A stretch of DNA of 64,000 bases from Auanema rhodensis (GCA_964057225.1 OZ059895.1:18166001-18230000), one strand, 5' to 3'. Positions 28,007-42,116 are shown, counted from the stretch's first letter. The notes: generated from the sequence alone by a model not told the origin. Made by a program: numbers and translations.

Positions 28007-31000
28007 AGGGAGAGAAAGAGAGATAATAGAAAAATTTAATATATCTTCGAAGAATTGCATATGACGTGCTTTACGATCATGCAAACGATGACTAATAAAA
28101 GTAAAATATAAATATACATATAGATAGCTGTAAGTAATTAAAAAAAACATTTTCTTTGAGATATATTTAAATAATCTAACTTTTCAAACATTCAAGTTGT
28201 TATCTTCAGAATTCTTATGCTACTTCAAATGTATTTGATAGCTGTGAAATTTCATTGGCTGTTATCTTTAAGAAATAGCATAATCATGATCCTTTTCCAT
28301 ATTTTCAAACCAAGCTTCATCAGTAATCTTTTATTTGACAAAATAAAAGTTTCAATGCTTTTTGCTGGCATTTGAAGATCTTTCACGGAACTATAATATT
28401 CAGTTTAACAAGTTCTTAAGATCAAATATTGCATATTCAGCATACAATTCGTGAAACAGATTTACGTGCAATCTTCAAAAATTCAAATTTTTAAGTTTTG
28501 GATGAAATCAGCTTTTGGCAAATCTGACGTTTTAGTTCTGCCTCATAGATAGATAAGTATGATAATAATATGAAATAAATAGATTTGTATGGATGTAATC
28601 CCTATTGACATGATCATTACTTATGTGTATGCTGATGTTAATGCTCTCAGCTGGAAGTTCGAAAGATAAAGTTGGAACAATGCTGTGTATCATTTTACTA
28701 TGAGTACTGTAGAAAGCTCAGCAATCATTTCCTACTATACTATTCTATCATTTATCAAAATGGCCAGACTGTTTATAGCATATTCTCAAATATAATTTAT
28801 ATTATTTAATATAAATTAACGCAACTGATTTGATGAGACAGTATTTTTGTCTGGTTTTAATGATATCTAATGCCGTCTTATATACCCTGAATTCTATGAT
28901 AATCGCATATAGAATCAAATTTTTATCTTAATGACTATAGCGATCTCTATATATACATATTCAAAATGACAACAAGATGTCTGAGATATGATATGAAGAT
29001 ACAGACTTTCTCATGTTGTCTTTTGATAATTTTTTTTCCATCATCATCATCATTGAAATCAAGTGTTATGATGATATATCCATAACATCCACAATTCATA
29101 ATAGGTAATTGATCCTGAACAGATATTAAAGATATTATGTTACATTAATATTTTAAATATATTGCACGGAATGAAGAGAAAAGAAGGATTGGAATAAGGG
29201 AAGGAAGTGGAGAGGAGAGAGTGAGAATAGTTAATGCTTAACACCCACATAATCACACACAATAATACTCACAACAACCTATTATAAAACTTCATGAATT
29301 GGGTATTATCTTTGATAAGATGAAGATGAAAAAGGATATTAGAATGTCAACAATAAATATCAGTAAATCCCAAACCTTCTTTTTACAATTCATTTTAACC
29401 CAAGTTTTTCTAAAATTTTCCAGAAGAGCTATACGAGAAATATTAAAACAAAACAAAAAAACTCGAATTTCCCATGAGCTTGAGCAATATTAGCATTGTC
29501 CAAAAGATGACAATATATGGGAAAAAAAGTATTGTTTTGTACTGAAAATGCTTGTTCCATAAGTATTTTGGAGTTCTCATCCTAGTTGCTGCTGCTGCTA
29601 TTGCTGCCGCTGCTACAGACGTCCTTTGTTTTTGTCAGAATAGCAATTACAAGTATTAACTTGGAGATAAAGACTATGAGAAAGAGAAATATGATTTGTT
29701 TTCTCGATGTATTTAGAATATCGGGAAGATTTAAAAAAACATATAAAACAATGGCTAAAATAACTTAATTTGCTTATTATTATCTTCGAATCCCATATGG
29801 AAACATTATCAATTTCCTAAATTAATCTATTTATAACCTAAATTCTTTTCAGAATATTTGATGACGTGGTTCAAAAGTTGACTTCCTCAGCATTAAGCTA
29901 AGCTACATGTATCAACGTGGCTTTCTCATGTAATGCTCTAGCTTCTAACTTCAACAGGTCACTATGATCTCTTATATCATCATTATTATCATCATCATCA
30001 CATCATACTGTTAACATCATCACCATAATCAGGCTTTTATTATTACCTTCATATGTAGTTTTATCACAATATCATGATACTCTTCATTATCATTGTCGTC
30101 TTATTTATTTTTCAATTCGAAATTTTCATTATCTTGAGTTCTCTTTAATCCTGCATTCAACGTTTTATTGTCCTTCATTCTACTGAATACTTATTCTCTG
30201 TAATAGTCTATCTATTCGTTTTCTAACCCAATGGAAGTATGACTCTTCTCAAGGTATCCATCTCAGAACAATGACGATGGCATGACGATCTGAATAAGCA
30301 GATGTATCATGCTCACATCAACGTCAACTCTGAAATTTGGATGGTTTTCCATGTTCCTTTCTTTCCGTTTTATTTGTTGTCTGGAAATTTTCAAGAAAAC
30401 AAGTTGAACCTTTCCTTATTTTGTTCTCATTGATGCCAAAAAAATGTTTTTCTTTTAATAACACTGGTTAGCCTATTTATTTAAAAAAACAACAACAACA
30501 AAGCTTCAAAGTCCCTTCTAATTATCTTTCTCATCTATGAAGATTATAGTTCATCAATCACGGCAGTTGTATTCTCAATGTATCTTGAAATCTAAGTATT
30601 AGCTAACTATATAACATTCAATTTTCCGTTCATTCTCAACTATATGATATACAAAACTTCAAAGATTTTGAGGTTGTTATCCATACCAGCCAGCTTATTT
30701 AGGAATTTTGAAACAACATCAGAACGTTGGCTATTCATATTTCATATACATTTGTGTGTCCTTCATCACCACCCTCTATTAGCTTTCTCACCATATTCCA
30801 TTTCCCTTATTGAGAACTTAAACAAAGTTCAGTAAATCAAAAATCTACTGAAGTATTATTATAATATAATATTTCAAAAATATTAATAATAAATTATAAT
30901 TATATACTCATACAATCAACTATAAACTATATATCACTTTCAACTTATATTTCTTTTTTTTTAACAAATCTTTTGTAACACTCTGTGTTTCAATGAAATC

Positions 31001-34000
31001 TCATCCGCGTTTCCCTGATCTCTTGATCTCATCTTCATTTCATTATCAAAAGCCATAGCATTGTGCAGCAATTTACTCCTTTCATCTTTATATCTTCAAA
31101 AGTTAATTCGATTAAACGTATTAACAGCATTACCAGCATTATTAAAACCTTTACTCTTATCTGTATTTGCTTCAAATGAAAAGATTGTCACATGTATGCA
31201 TAATTCTTATTTAAGAATTGAATGATTTGTAATCATCTTAGGCAATTCATACAATGAATTTGAACTCAAAATCGTCTCAGTATCTCATCTATTACTTGAA
31301 ATATTTCCCATAACATCCATAGATAACTTACGTGAATATCTTTTAATTATATTATATTTTATATTTTTTTGCTCGTTATTCTCTTAATGTGATTTTTCTG
31401 TTTCTTTATGCAAAAATAAAAAATATTATTAATAATATGATAATATAATATTAAATATTATATTTCATTTAAATATATATATATTTTACTACTATATTCT
31501 TCTATATGTACATATACAAAATGTATTAATATATATATTTTTTTAAAATATATGTATATATATTATATTAACAGCTGTTGAATTATAACTTTGTGGATAA
31601 TTAATAATTATAATTCATTTATTCTATTTTTTTCGTCAAAAAAATTAAAAGTTATCAGAATTTATTGATGACAAACTCAAGACAAAACTTATTAAACTCA
31701 ATTATCATTCATTCCATTTTGTATTAAGTATTCATGAGTCTTTCTTTTTCAATTGAAATTATAGTTTAAAGGTAAATAACTGAAAGAAAATATAATAAGA
31801 TCAGAATTTTATTCCAACGTTTTTCTCTCCAAGTTCTTTTGAGCTGTATGGTAGATTGAGAGAATTTGAAATTCTTCAAAAGGGAGAATAGTGAGCAAAG
31901 GTTGTGTTGCTAAACAGAAAATGTAGAAATACCATATAAAGAGCAGCAGACTGAAGATAATGGAACTTAAATTTACAGAATCAGCTTTGTATGAAAGGAA
32001 AGCTGCAATACAAAGGGAGGAAAAACAGATAATAAATTGACTGCCTGGCATGGAACTTAATGATCGAACTGTGATATTCTCTACTGTTGCTTCATGAGCC
32101 TGAGTAGTGAGATACAAAGAAACTTGCATCATTGATGTCACTTATATGCGATTCTTGTTGTTTCATCTACAAGAAATGATACTTGATGAAGAATTCAAAT
32201 ACAAAACATTATTGGCTTTGCAAGATGATCTGCTGGCCAAGATAAGCATCATCAAGCATTACGCGTGAAGAAGATACCGTACCTATGCGAGACATGATAT
32301 GTGCAGAAAGTTTCCTTTTATGCCAAACGATTTCACAGAAATCAAAATCAAAATAGATATAAGAAATGAAAATAAATACTCTGCATACTTCTCCTTTCAT
32401 CGAAGCTTGAACTAATTTTGACAAAAAAATTGTAAATAATGTTCCAAAATGTTCATCATGTAGAACTTCGAAAACTTAATAAATTAAAGTAAACGAAGTA
32501 ATATCTAAATATTTTTTTGTCAAAATAAACAATATCTATTTATAGTTAAATATAGTATATATATTATATGAGCATACTTAAGCTTAAACTGTTCATGATG
32601 CTCATTGAATGATAAACAATAGAAATTGAACATTTTTGTTAAAAAAACACAAAGAAGAGTAATCTTTCTGATAAAACTGAACACATTTTTCTTCGAATAT
32701 TTTATATAATCCATGCCAAAACAGGTATTATTTAACTTTGTTTTTTCATGACATATCTATTTTTCAAGATAGTCACGTAAAATTTATTAAAATATGCCAG
32801 TTGTTTTTTATAAATCATTTGATAAATTTTAACAAATTTGGATAATCTAATTCTTTGAAAACCACTTCAAAATATTTAAAATTGAAACACTAGATTGATG
32901 AAGTTAATCTTATAACAACTTTGATCTTAAGACTTATGATTAGGACGATGTAATAATCTGATTTTCACTTATAAGCTTACATACAGTTTCAGAAAATAAT
33001 CGATCTTATATTAACCGAGAAGTTTCATTAAAAATTCACAAAAATTGTTTTCATATCAGCTGTCAATGTAACATAATATGATTCATAAATACTTATTTAT
33101 AGTATTTGAAACATACAGCAATAAGGTATAGGAGAGGATCAAGGAAGTGAAAGTGAGACCCCGATAGGTGAGAGAGGAAAGCTCGAAGAGAGCGGATTGT
33201 TGGAAAGCTGAAGTAATTTTTTTCGTATTCAAGTGCTTTTCAAAATTTTTTATTTATATGAAATATAAAATTATTATTATTTGTATTTCAGAAAAGAGAA
33301 AAAGGGACTGGGGGATAAGGAGAAGTAGAAGGATAGAGTGAGTAGAAGAGAATATATAAGAGGATAAAAGAGAAACACGAGAAGAGGTTAAAGGCAAGAA
33401 GAAAAATGGGTGGTAATATACATAGAATATCTTTTTAATCTTTTCTTTTTTGTTGTATTTTCTTTATTCTTTTTTTTTGTGAACAATTGATCTCATTCTA
33501 GCAACCAATTCGAATATTATATTACAAGAAGAAATAAACATACATATCTGAAACTGATGTTAAAAATAAATTGTTAAAATACATTATAATTTTTGAATAA
33601 TACTTATAAAAAATATATCAAAATTATAATAAATTAAATTATAAATTTACATATTTTATTTCTCTTAGTTCCCCCCCTCCCATGTTGAAAGTAATATATA
33701 TTCACAGATAGTTCAGTAAATTGTCAAAAATAATTCTTCATTCTAGTATTTACTTTCGGTTTTATTTAAATAGAATTTCTGACATGAATGATCTTCGTTT
33801 GAAACGTCAGTTTGAAATAAATTTAAAAACTTTTAAGCTTTATGTCCCCCAGACAATTAGCTTAACAACACTGTTTGATTATCTTTTAAAGATTCTTCAA
33901 TAAGTTCTCACTTCCTAATTCGTCTTATATTGATCCATTTCAAGAAATAACATGAAACAGAATTGGAAAAATTTTCAAAATTATAGAATCTGTTGCAATA

Positions 34001-34319
34001 CAATCAAGTTCAAGAATTATATTCCACACAAAAAATGGGAACAAAACATATATTTTCATAAAAAAAAACAAAGCAAAATAATGAAATTTGATACACTTAG
34101 ATTCAAATTCATAAAAATCAAATTAAAATAAAGAAGAAACAGGAGAAAACAGAAACTATTCTATATAAATGAAGCTTGAAAACAGATATAAAATGAAAAC
34201 ATTATAGATAAAGAATCTATTCAAATTCTTATAGCTATAACATTTCAATTGCCTTGGCCGTTATCACATTCCGATAATGCACATGTTACTTTTGAAAAAT
34301 GTGATGATGCAACTTCTCC

Positions 34320-37300
34320 TTATGAACCGGTAATGGAAGCTGGCTCATTGTTAGGAAGCATGTTAGCTTTTTCCAACAAATGTGTGATGTCTATCGGACG
34401 ATTGTCCTTGAAATTCGTCAAGCTAATCAGCTGTTCGTCAGTTTTAGGAATCTGAAAAGTTTGAATTCAAAATGATTATTATTTTTATTAATTTAAATAA
34501 TTTAAAAAATGAAATAATTTTTAATTTAGAAGCAGATTAAATGTATGTAATTTAGTCCCTTTTTTGACATACTCCCCCACATACTGAGATGGTTGTTCCG
34601 CTTTCGCACCATCCGCTTATGTCTAGACAGGAGCCTAAGCTCAGAGATCGGTAAGATATTATGAGCATAATCAGCTATATTTATATCACTGATGATTATT
34701 ATATGATTAAACAATATTATCTAAAACGATAATAAGCGTCGTTGTTTCGATAAAAATATAAAAAATATTCAAGGATGAAAAAAAATACATATGAAAGATA
34801 ATGAAAAAAGAGGGAAAAGGCAGACCAGTTTATCCATATCATACGTAGCTTAATATATTGAATATATACTGATCTAGATAGAAAACAAATTTAAAAAGAT
34901 ATCTTTCAATGTCTTTCATGAATTACATATGTATTTGTGTAGCATCAGAAAATAAGTAAAAAAACTTAATGCTCGTTAACTCTCTAAAATCTCGTATATC
35001 CCCCTTGTTTCTTTGGCTTCTGTTTTCTCGAGGAACAGTTAAAAGACAGTTGTTGCTTTCTCTCTATTGAAATTAAATTTACCTGTTTTTCCAAGAATGT
35101 CCATAAACATAAAGTTTGAAGGTAATATGGATGATCCAAACCAAAACAAACTTCAAAGATGTTCATGGCATCAAATGCGTATGGCATAGCCTGAAATTAA
35201 TACATCAGGAAATATTAGAAGAGGTCTGTATTGAATCACGTCAACAGTTTTAAATCAACAAACCTCATCTCTTTTTCCTTGTTCAATTAAGGATTTAACA
35301 ATATGAATTAGTTGATATCCAACATGACGATCAGCTTCAGGGAAACATCTGAAATGAGAAAACTTCAAATGCCTTATATGCTTGTGACTTACAATTTATA
35401 ATTTTCATAAACTTGCTTATGCATTTGACTTAAGTTAAGTAATGTTAGCTGACCAGTTACATGGAAGAGTGCTGTTCGAAGTCGAGCTACATATACATTG
35501 CTGGGATGAAGAACTAGTTCAGCTCGTTGCAACAAATCTGTTATCTGCAACATATCCATCAAATTTAATTTGAGCTAAAAACAAGCTGAAACATACAATA
35601 TCAGCTGAGCATTGTGGATCAAAGCTAGCTGGAAGACTTTTCATGAGCTCTTGAGCTGATTTTACATAGCTTTCACCAGTGACTTTGCCACATTTGCTAC
35701 AAGCAATTGCACATGTCTCTTCATCTTCGCTTGTCAACTAAAAAGTGATCGATTAGTTTGTAGCCCAAATGTTGTTGAAAAGTAGTATTTTTGAATTTTA
35801 CCAACCAAGGCTTCATCGCAATCCTTTGTAGTACATTTAATGGAAGTGAGTATATCATCAGCTGAATCCTTGCATCTACTACATTCACAATCGAAATACC
35901 ATCGTGTCTAATAAAGAAATAACAAAAATATAGAAACTTATATGTCATTATGATATCATATAGTATATAATATAATAGAAAATTGTTCTACCTTCAGTTC
36001 TTTTCTTCTCACATACTTGCTACGACCAACATCAATATAGGAGATGAATGCTTTTTCTGGATCTGCAGCATCAATTCCAGGTACAAGTGGACGTAAACAA
36101 ACTCTATAAAAAACTCTCAGATTAAACTTTTCTTAACTAAACGTCATAGTTGTATTAGATATGCCTAGTGTTATGAAAACGAATCAGTTATTCAAGTTTG
36201 AAGTCAAGTTTTATGATATAGAATATTATGATTAGCTCATTACCTGAAACCATCAAAAACCATAGAACATGTTGGCCGGCATGAATGATTGTATATGGAT
36301 ACGCCTACAAGAAAAATTCAAATAAATGTTTCATAATTAGAAAGTAAACTTATATAAACTATGCTAATTATAAATAATTTATTTAAAAATGTAAAAACGT
36401 TTAGTAAACTCTTATTATTTCCGTTTCAATTTTTCATTCATAAATTATATTTTTAAATTTATATAAAAATATAAATGGTATAAGAATTAATTCTAAATTA
36501 AATTGTATAAAGTTAAATTATCAGTAAAATTTTATATATATTCAAGCATAATACTTCTTATTGTCAAATAAACAAAATAATTATATAAATTACTATATTT
36601 ACAAATTGTTTTGTGGTCTGAAAATTTTGAGAATATTATATAATATTTGAAAAAATGATTTTATATATTTCAATTTTTAATATGTTCTTGTGAGTTTATA
36701 ATTGCATATATTCAAATAAGTACTATATTATATTAATTAGTTTTGAATATTATATTTATAATGTATAATTTACCTAAATCAAGTGCCATTCCAACTTCCG
36801 TTCCAGCATTTGTGTGAATGCTGTGTGAGTTAATAGCTGCTTTACAGAAGATGTCAAAAAACTTTTCCTACAATGAAAAAATTAATTTTGAAATATAAAG
36901 AGAAATAAACGTATTAAACAAAAAATATTCACCTTATCAACCATATCGTCCTTACGGAAAGTTTTCATTTTTTCATAAACTTTCTCAAAATGTTCCATTT
37001 TAATAGTGTCAGCTCTGAAATTGAAAATGACCCAAATTAAATTAAAGTTTTTTTTACTTTATATCTTCTTTATGATCCATGAGATCAGTAAACTTTCGAT
37101 GAGCTTCCCATCCATATTTGTCACCATGTTCTTCAAGATATAGAGCTCTATCTAAAATCTTCGACAGAAACAAGACTTCTGTTAGTGGCAGATTGGGAAA
37201 AACCTATAATATTTTAAGGTTTGTCAGTACACAATGAAAACTGAAACATACAGCTTTCAAACGGCGACATTCTGGCTTATGCATCATCCAAGCTTGTGCT

Positions 37301-38025
37301 TGGCATTCCTTCTTACAATATTGAGCAAATTGGCATCTACAAATAATTTTATAAAAATTGTTTTATGTTGAATTGAAAGGGAATTTGAAACAGATAATGC
37401 CTAAACTTAATTTTTACCAAAAAAAGATCAGTTCATAGAAAGCTTAATTGAAGAATTATTAATGAGACAACTTACGCTCCGCACTTCAGCAACTTTTCCC
37501 CATCGGCTGGTGGGCGCATACAGTACGAACAGAAATGGTCAACATTTGGATTGAGAACATGATGAGCAAAGGGTTCATCGAAGAACTAAAAAAACTTTTA
37601 CTCTAATACTAAAAATATTTTCAATAGCATTATGTATTTTATTTCTTTCTTAATTTTTTGTTGTTTTATACTATATTCATATGGTTAGCCAATTGTATCA
37701 ATAGGTTTCGTTGAATATTTCGCATCTTTTCAGTGAAACAACACTTCGAATCATTGCACTCAAGTGGAAGTTCTATTTATCTTCAAATGAAGGGAATGGC
37801 TTAGCAGCCAGCAGAAACAACGAACACTATTCAATTTACAATTTTCTAAAACACTTTTCTTTGTCTTGTAGTATATAAATATAAATATATATATCATATA
37901 TGGGAAAAATAATATTTTAGAATGATAAAACATACTCGAACGCGTGAATGCACTGATGAGATGTCATCCTTGGTTGCAACTGGTAATTCTTGCTTGTTCT
38001 TTGATTTACGTTTATCAGCAGTCAT
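34320..38025 (-). CDS. set-18: SET and MYND domain (SMYD) lysine methyltransferase, set-18-like
   Basis: EPFAHHVLNPNVDHFCSYC..KCGACQFAQYCKKECQAQAWMMHKPEC (MYND), FPNLPLTEVLFLSK, INSHSIHTNAGTEVGMALDLGVSIYNHSCRPTC (SET NHSC motif), ISYID, RWYFDCECSRC (post-SET), and C-terminal helices ending LLEKANMLP..GS*. Closely follows C. elegans SET-18 as recalled. Confidence 0.92.
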
Positions 38026-40621
38026 ACTTTAAGAAAAATTTTTGAATTATCATAAACAATGTAAAAATAGCTAGTTTGTATGAAGAAAAAGTAAGAGAAA
38101 GAAAGGAAAAAGAGGAAAATAATAGTCGATGAACGATTAGAGAGAGAAGATTCTTCTGAACATTACAACAAATACTAATGAGTTGAGGTTCGATTTAAAA
38201 GAAAATGAGGCAAAGTTGTATACAGAACAAAACTACCGGAAACTAATGAGAAAAATTGATGTTAAAACATTTTTTTATAATTATAGTATATGAGATTAAT
38301 ATAATCTTATAGGGTGTCGTTGTGTGGCTTTTACAGATTGGCGGAGGGGATCTGAGAAGGATGTAGCTAGCGAGAGAGGGTGGGGGTAGCTTTAAACAAA
38401 TATTACAACCGGTCTTATAGCAGATATAGGGAAAAGAGGCTGTACGATGTGGAGATCACAGATGCATATTCCTCGGGTTCTTTGAGCAGAACCTCAGCGG
38501 TCTGACCGGAGTACAGAAATATTACCGCAGCAACTCGCAATTTATCCCTAAATCTTTTGTGCACATTCATCTTAATGATCTTCAAATTTGAATAACTTCA
38601 TCCCGTTAAACTGAATAAGTTTTAAAGTTGGAAAATGTTCCATTAATCATTTACGGTTTGCTTTGTGATAGTATTAGTTAATGTGAAACAACTTATATCA
38701 TATATTCGAAGCATATTATAACCCAAAAGTTACAAGAAATCTTTAACTCTAAAATATATTTAAAGTGATCAAAAATTATATCAAGTGTTATATAATGATT
38801 TGTTAAATAAAAATATTCATTCCTATATATTATGTAAAATAAAATAAACTTTTTCAAGTTGCTCTTTTCAATAAAGTTCTAAATTTATCGTATTTTAACA
38901 TTTTCTCGATCAAAGATATGACTGTTGACGGTTTACTTAGTGTTGTGATGATATTACTTCTAGGTCGAATAAGAATACCATATGACCCTTATATATAATT
39001 TGATGAATTTCTAATGTATTTATACATATAACAATACTAATTGTATTATTAAAATACTAAAATTTGGTTAATTTTAAAGCTTTTATAATTTTTTTTTCAT
39101 TTTTTAAATTCAAATGTGTTTTTTTCCTTTGCTTTATTTTGTTTTTGAATTTTCGCATTTAAATGTGTTGTTTTTGAAACATATTTATAGTTTATAAAGT
39201 CTTTATTATCAATTTTTACTCTATCATTTATATTTTATATTTTTAAAATTTTCTAAAACATATGCTTTTCCTAAATATATATTTGTTCCGTGTTGATGTC
39301 TGACCGTTTTTAAACCAATTATCATGAAAAGTAGAGATAGATACTTTCGATTTGCAGAACTTAACCGGCTCAGGTTTATAAGTTTCGTTCTAACATCATC
39401 AGCATAACTGATTGGCATGCATGTTTAAACACATACTAATAACATGTTAATACATATAATGTTTGCATAAACATTTTAACTAAAAAAATCTTTTTTTATT
39501 ATTATAAATTAGCATAAATAAGATATTATAAATTATAAAAATTATATAAAATATAGTGAATAATAATACTTTTAATTTTTCTTTTTGTATGACAAAAAAA
39601 AATAATATCATATAAATATAAAATAAATATACTCTATAAATAATATAATAAACCGTAGAATGTATTAAAGCTTCAACTACAACTCACAATATGCTTAAAC
39701 TTGTTGATTTGGTTGATTTAAAGTTGTTTCTGATAGTTTTATCATCACCACTCCAACATGCTTATAGATATGTATGTACACAAAAAATAAATAGGCATTA
39801 AATACCTGGATGAATGTTTTATGGATCTACATACATATATGTATATATATAAATTTTAGATTATATGATATCTGTTGGGAATTTGTATTTTTCCAAGAAT
39901 CTCAAAAGAATTACTGTTATACTCGGAAATATTAGGAAAAATCATACCATAAGCTCTATTTCTTGGAAATTTCAAGTTTTTTCCAGAAAAAAATAATTTT
40001 GTAACACATACATACACATATATAAGTAAAATTTATTCATTATTCAATTAAAGGTTCAGCTAAAAAAAATTTACTTGAAAAATTAATCATTTCGATCATA
40101 TATATTTTCATTGAATTTGAGTTTATAAATGAACTAATTTATAAATTTTAAAATTAAATAAGTATATATATATACATTACAATTTATATTGTTTTATTCG
40201 AAAAATATTACATAAACGATATAAGTTGATCGTGCTGTATAGAGCTTGATGTCGCGTTTGTAGGATACTTTCAAAAATACAGTATTATTTATTGCCGTTC
40301 TCTCTCTTCCCCTCTTTCTCTCTCTACCATAAATTATAACATTGCTATACCCAAATTTATTAATAAATATAATTTTAAAGCCACAACATTAGCGTTCATC
40401 AGTGATAAGCTTATAATATTGATAAACATTTGAATATATGCTATTGTTAACAATAACTATATCGTATTATATGAAACCTGAATGTGGCATAACCACGAGG
40501 TGAAAATAGTTTTCAGAATAGATGTAATTTGTTTTGCGTGTTTGGTTTTTTTTTGGTTTTATAAGTAAAAGATTATATATAAGAGATTATAATAATTATT
40601 ATTTATTTTCTGAAACCATCC

Positions 40622-40628
40622 TATATAA
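40622..40628 (+). promoter_or_regulatory. Candidate TATA box of lipase copy A (mirrored near 45447-45453 for copy B)
   Basis: TATATAA lies ~120 nt upstream of the ATG, with a pyrimidine-CA initiator-like TCAG about 30 nt downstream. It is retained in both copies. Confidence 0.45.
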
Positions 40629-40743
40629 GGCTTGTTCAACCAAGAATATCACAACTCAGATTGCTTGCTGTTAAGCTTTTCAACAACTGTTCCTCCTTCT
40701 TCATCCTAAACTTTTTTCCAAAATTTAAAAATTTGGAAAAGTT

Positions 40744-42116
40744 ATGGTTTTCAAAGGATTACTGATCCTTATATCTTTTCTCCATTTCGGTCATGCCCAA
40801 GTCCAGTTTGACTTGAATGAAGCATTATTGCTTGCCCGTGCGTGTGGTGCAACTTACTCTAAAGATGGTGACATGAATACCTGCTTAAGGTATGCTGGAT
40901 GAGTTTGAAACTTCAGAAAAGCTTTTTTCAGCAACATTCAAACTCAATCAAACACTGGAGAATACAACTTGATTTTGGATGAAGAAGTTTTATGTGACTC
41001 CACGGACAACACTTGCCGAGTTGTAGCTGGTAAAATCAAAAATAAGCTTAAGCTTTATATTGTTAATAACTCCTATTTCAGTTGAATATCCTGATACAAA
41101 AACTATTATTATTGCTCAACGAGGAACTGTCGGGAAAATTCAATTACTTGAGGAGTTTGTCAAGGCTTTCCAACCTGTCCCCCTCGTGGGAATCGGAAAA
41201 GTAGAATAAGGATTATAAGTTAGAAGTTCTGATAATGAATATTTCAGGTTAACGGCTATTTTGCAGTTGCCAGTGATATTATTTGGCAGCTGATTTCTAA
41301 CCGTATTTTGGATCCAAAATATGATGTAAGTGCAGAATAGTAAAAACTTATCCGGAAAAATGCTTTCAGTCTCATACGCTCATCTTCACTGGTCACTCCC
41401 TTGGAGGTGCTCTTGCTACGACTACTGCTGTTCGAGCTAACAAGGGTATTTCAAGTTGAAGCTTGAAACTAAAATTTGTTGACTGTTTTCAGAATCAAAC
41501 ATCCCAACATCTCGTATCAAGCTTTTGACCTTTGGAGAGCCCAGAGTTGGTTTCAGAGACTTTGCTCTCACTGTTGATAGCATGTTCCCTGATGCGTATG
41601 AAATGTTTTTCAGCTCTTGAATCATACAAGCTTTTAGAATTCGAATCACTAGCGGTATGGATATAGTTCCCCGTGTTCCAGACTGCACCAGACAAATCCA
41701 ACTTCCTAATATTTTACAGAAGCCACGTTGCTCCACGAGCACCAACAACACATATTATCATCACGGTACTGAACTTCAGTATGTTTTATCCAAACTATAT
41801 GACCTGCTCATCTTTAACTTCTCAGCTTCTACAACAGAACCAGTTTGGCAGCCATTTACGATCATAAAGTATGTACTGGAGCACCAATCAACGAAGATCC
41901 AACCTGTATCGACAAGTACCTTTATCTGACTACCATCCCTGATCTAAGAACATACTGTGATCATCGTTGGCATTTAGGAATTCCAGTAGGTTTTCTCGAA
42001 AATCGATTCATCTCTCCAATCATTTTCAGATTGACAAATATGGAAATGGAGCCTGTAACGAAATTCCTTTCGTAGCAAACGATATTTCCTGTCTTACAGG
42101 TTATATCTTGGGTTAA
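40744..42116 (+). CDS. Secreted class 3 (fungal-type) lipase, copy A
   Basis: Signal peptide MVFKGLLILISFLHFGHA. Motifs IIAQRGT, FTGHSLGGALA (nucleophile elbow), LTFGEPRVG, MDIVPRVP (catalytic Asp), YYHHGTE and CDHRWH (catalytic His). Nine GT-AG exons end in NDISCLTGYILG*. Confidence 0.93.

Noticed and set aside
31891-31912. GTGAGCAAAG resembling the miR-87 5' end
   Set aside because: The rest of the mature sequence does not match and there is no precursor hairpin.
31809-32424. Two minus-strand ORFs with several acceptor-like sites
   Set aside because: I could not join exons into a coherent frame or recognise any domain. A small gene is not excluded.
34633-34640. GCCTAAGC as a telomerase RNA template
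   Set aside because: It is antisense to the host gene, sits in a 4-bp hairpin, and no downstream pseudoknot is evident. It is kept only as part of the structured-island finding.
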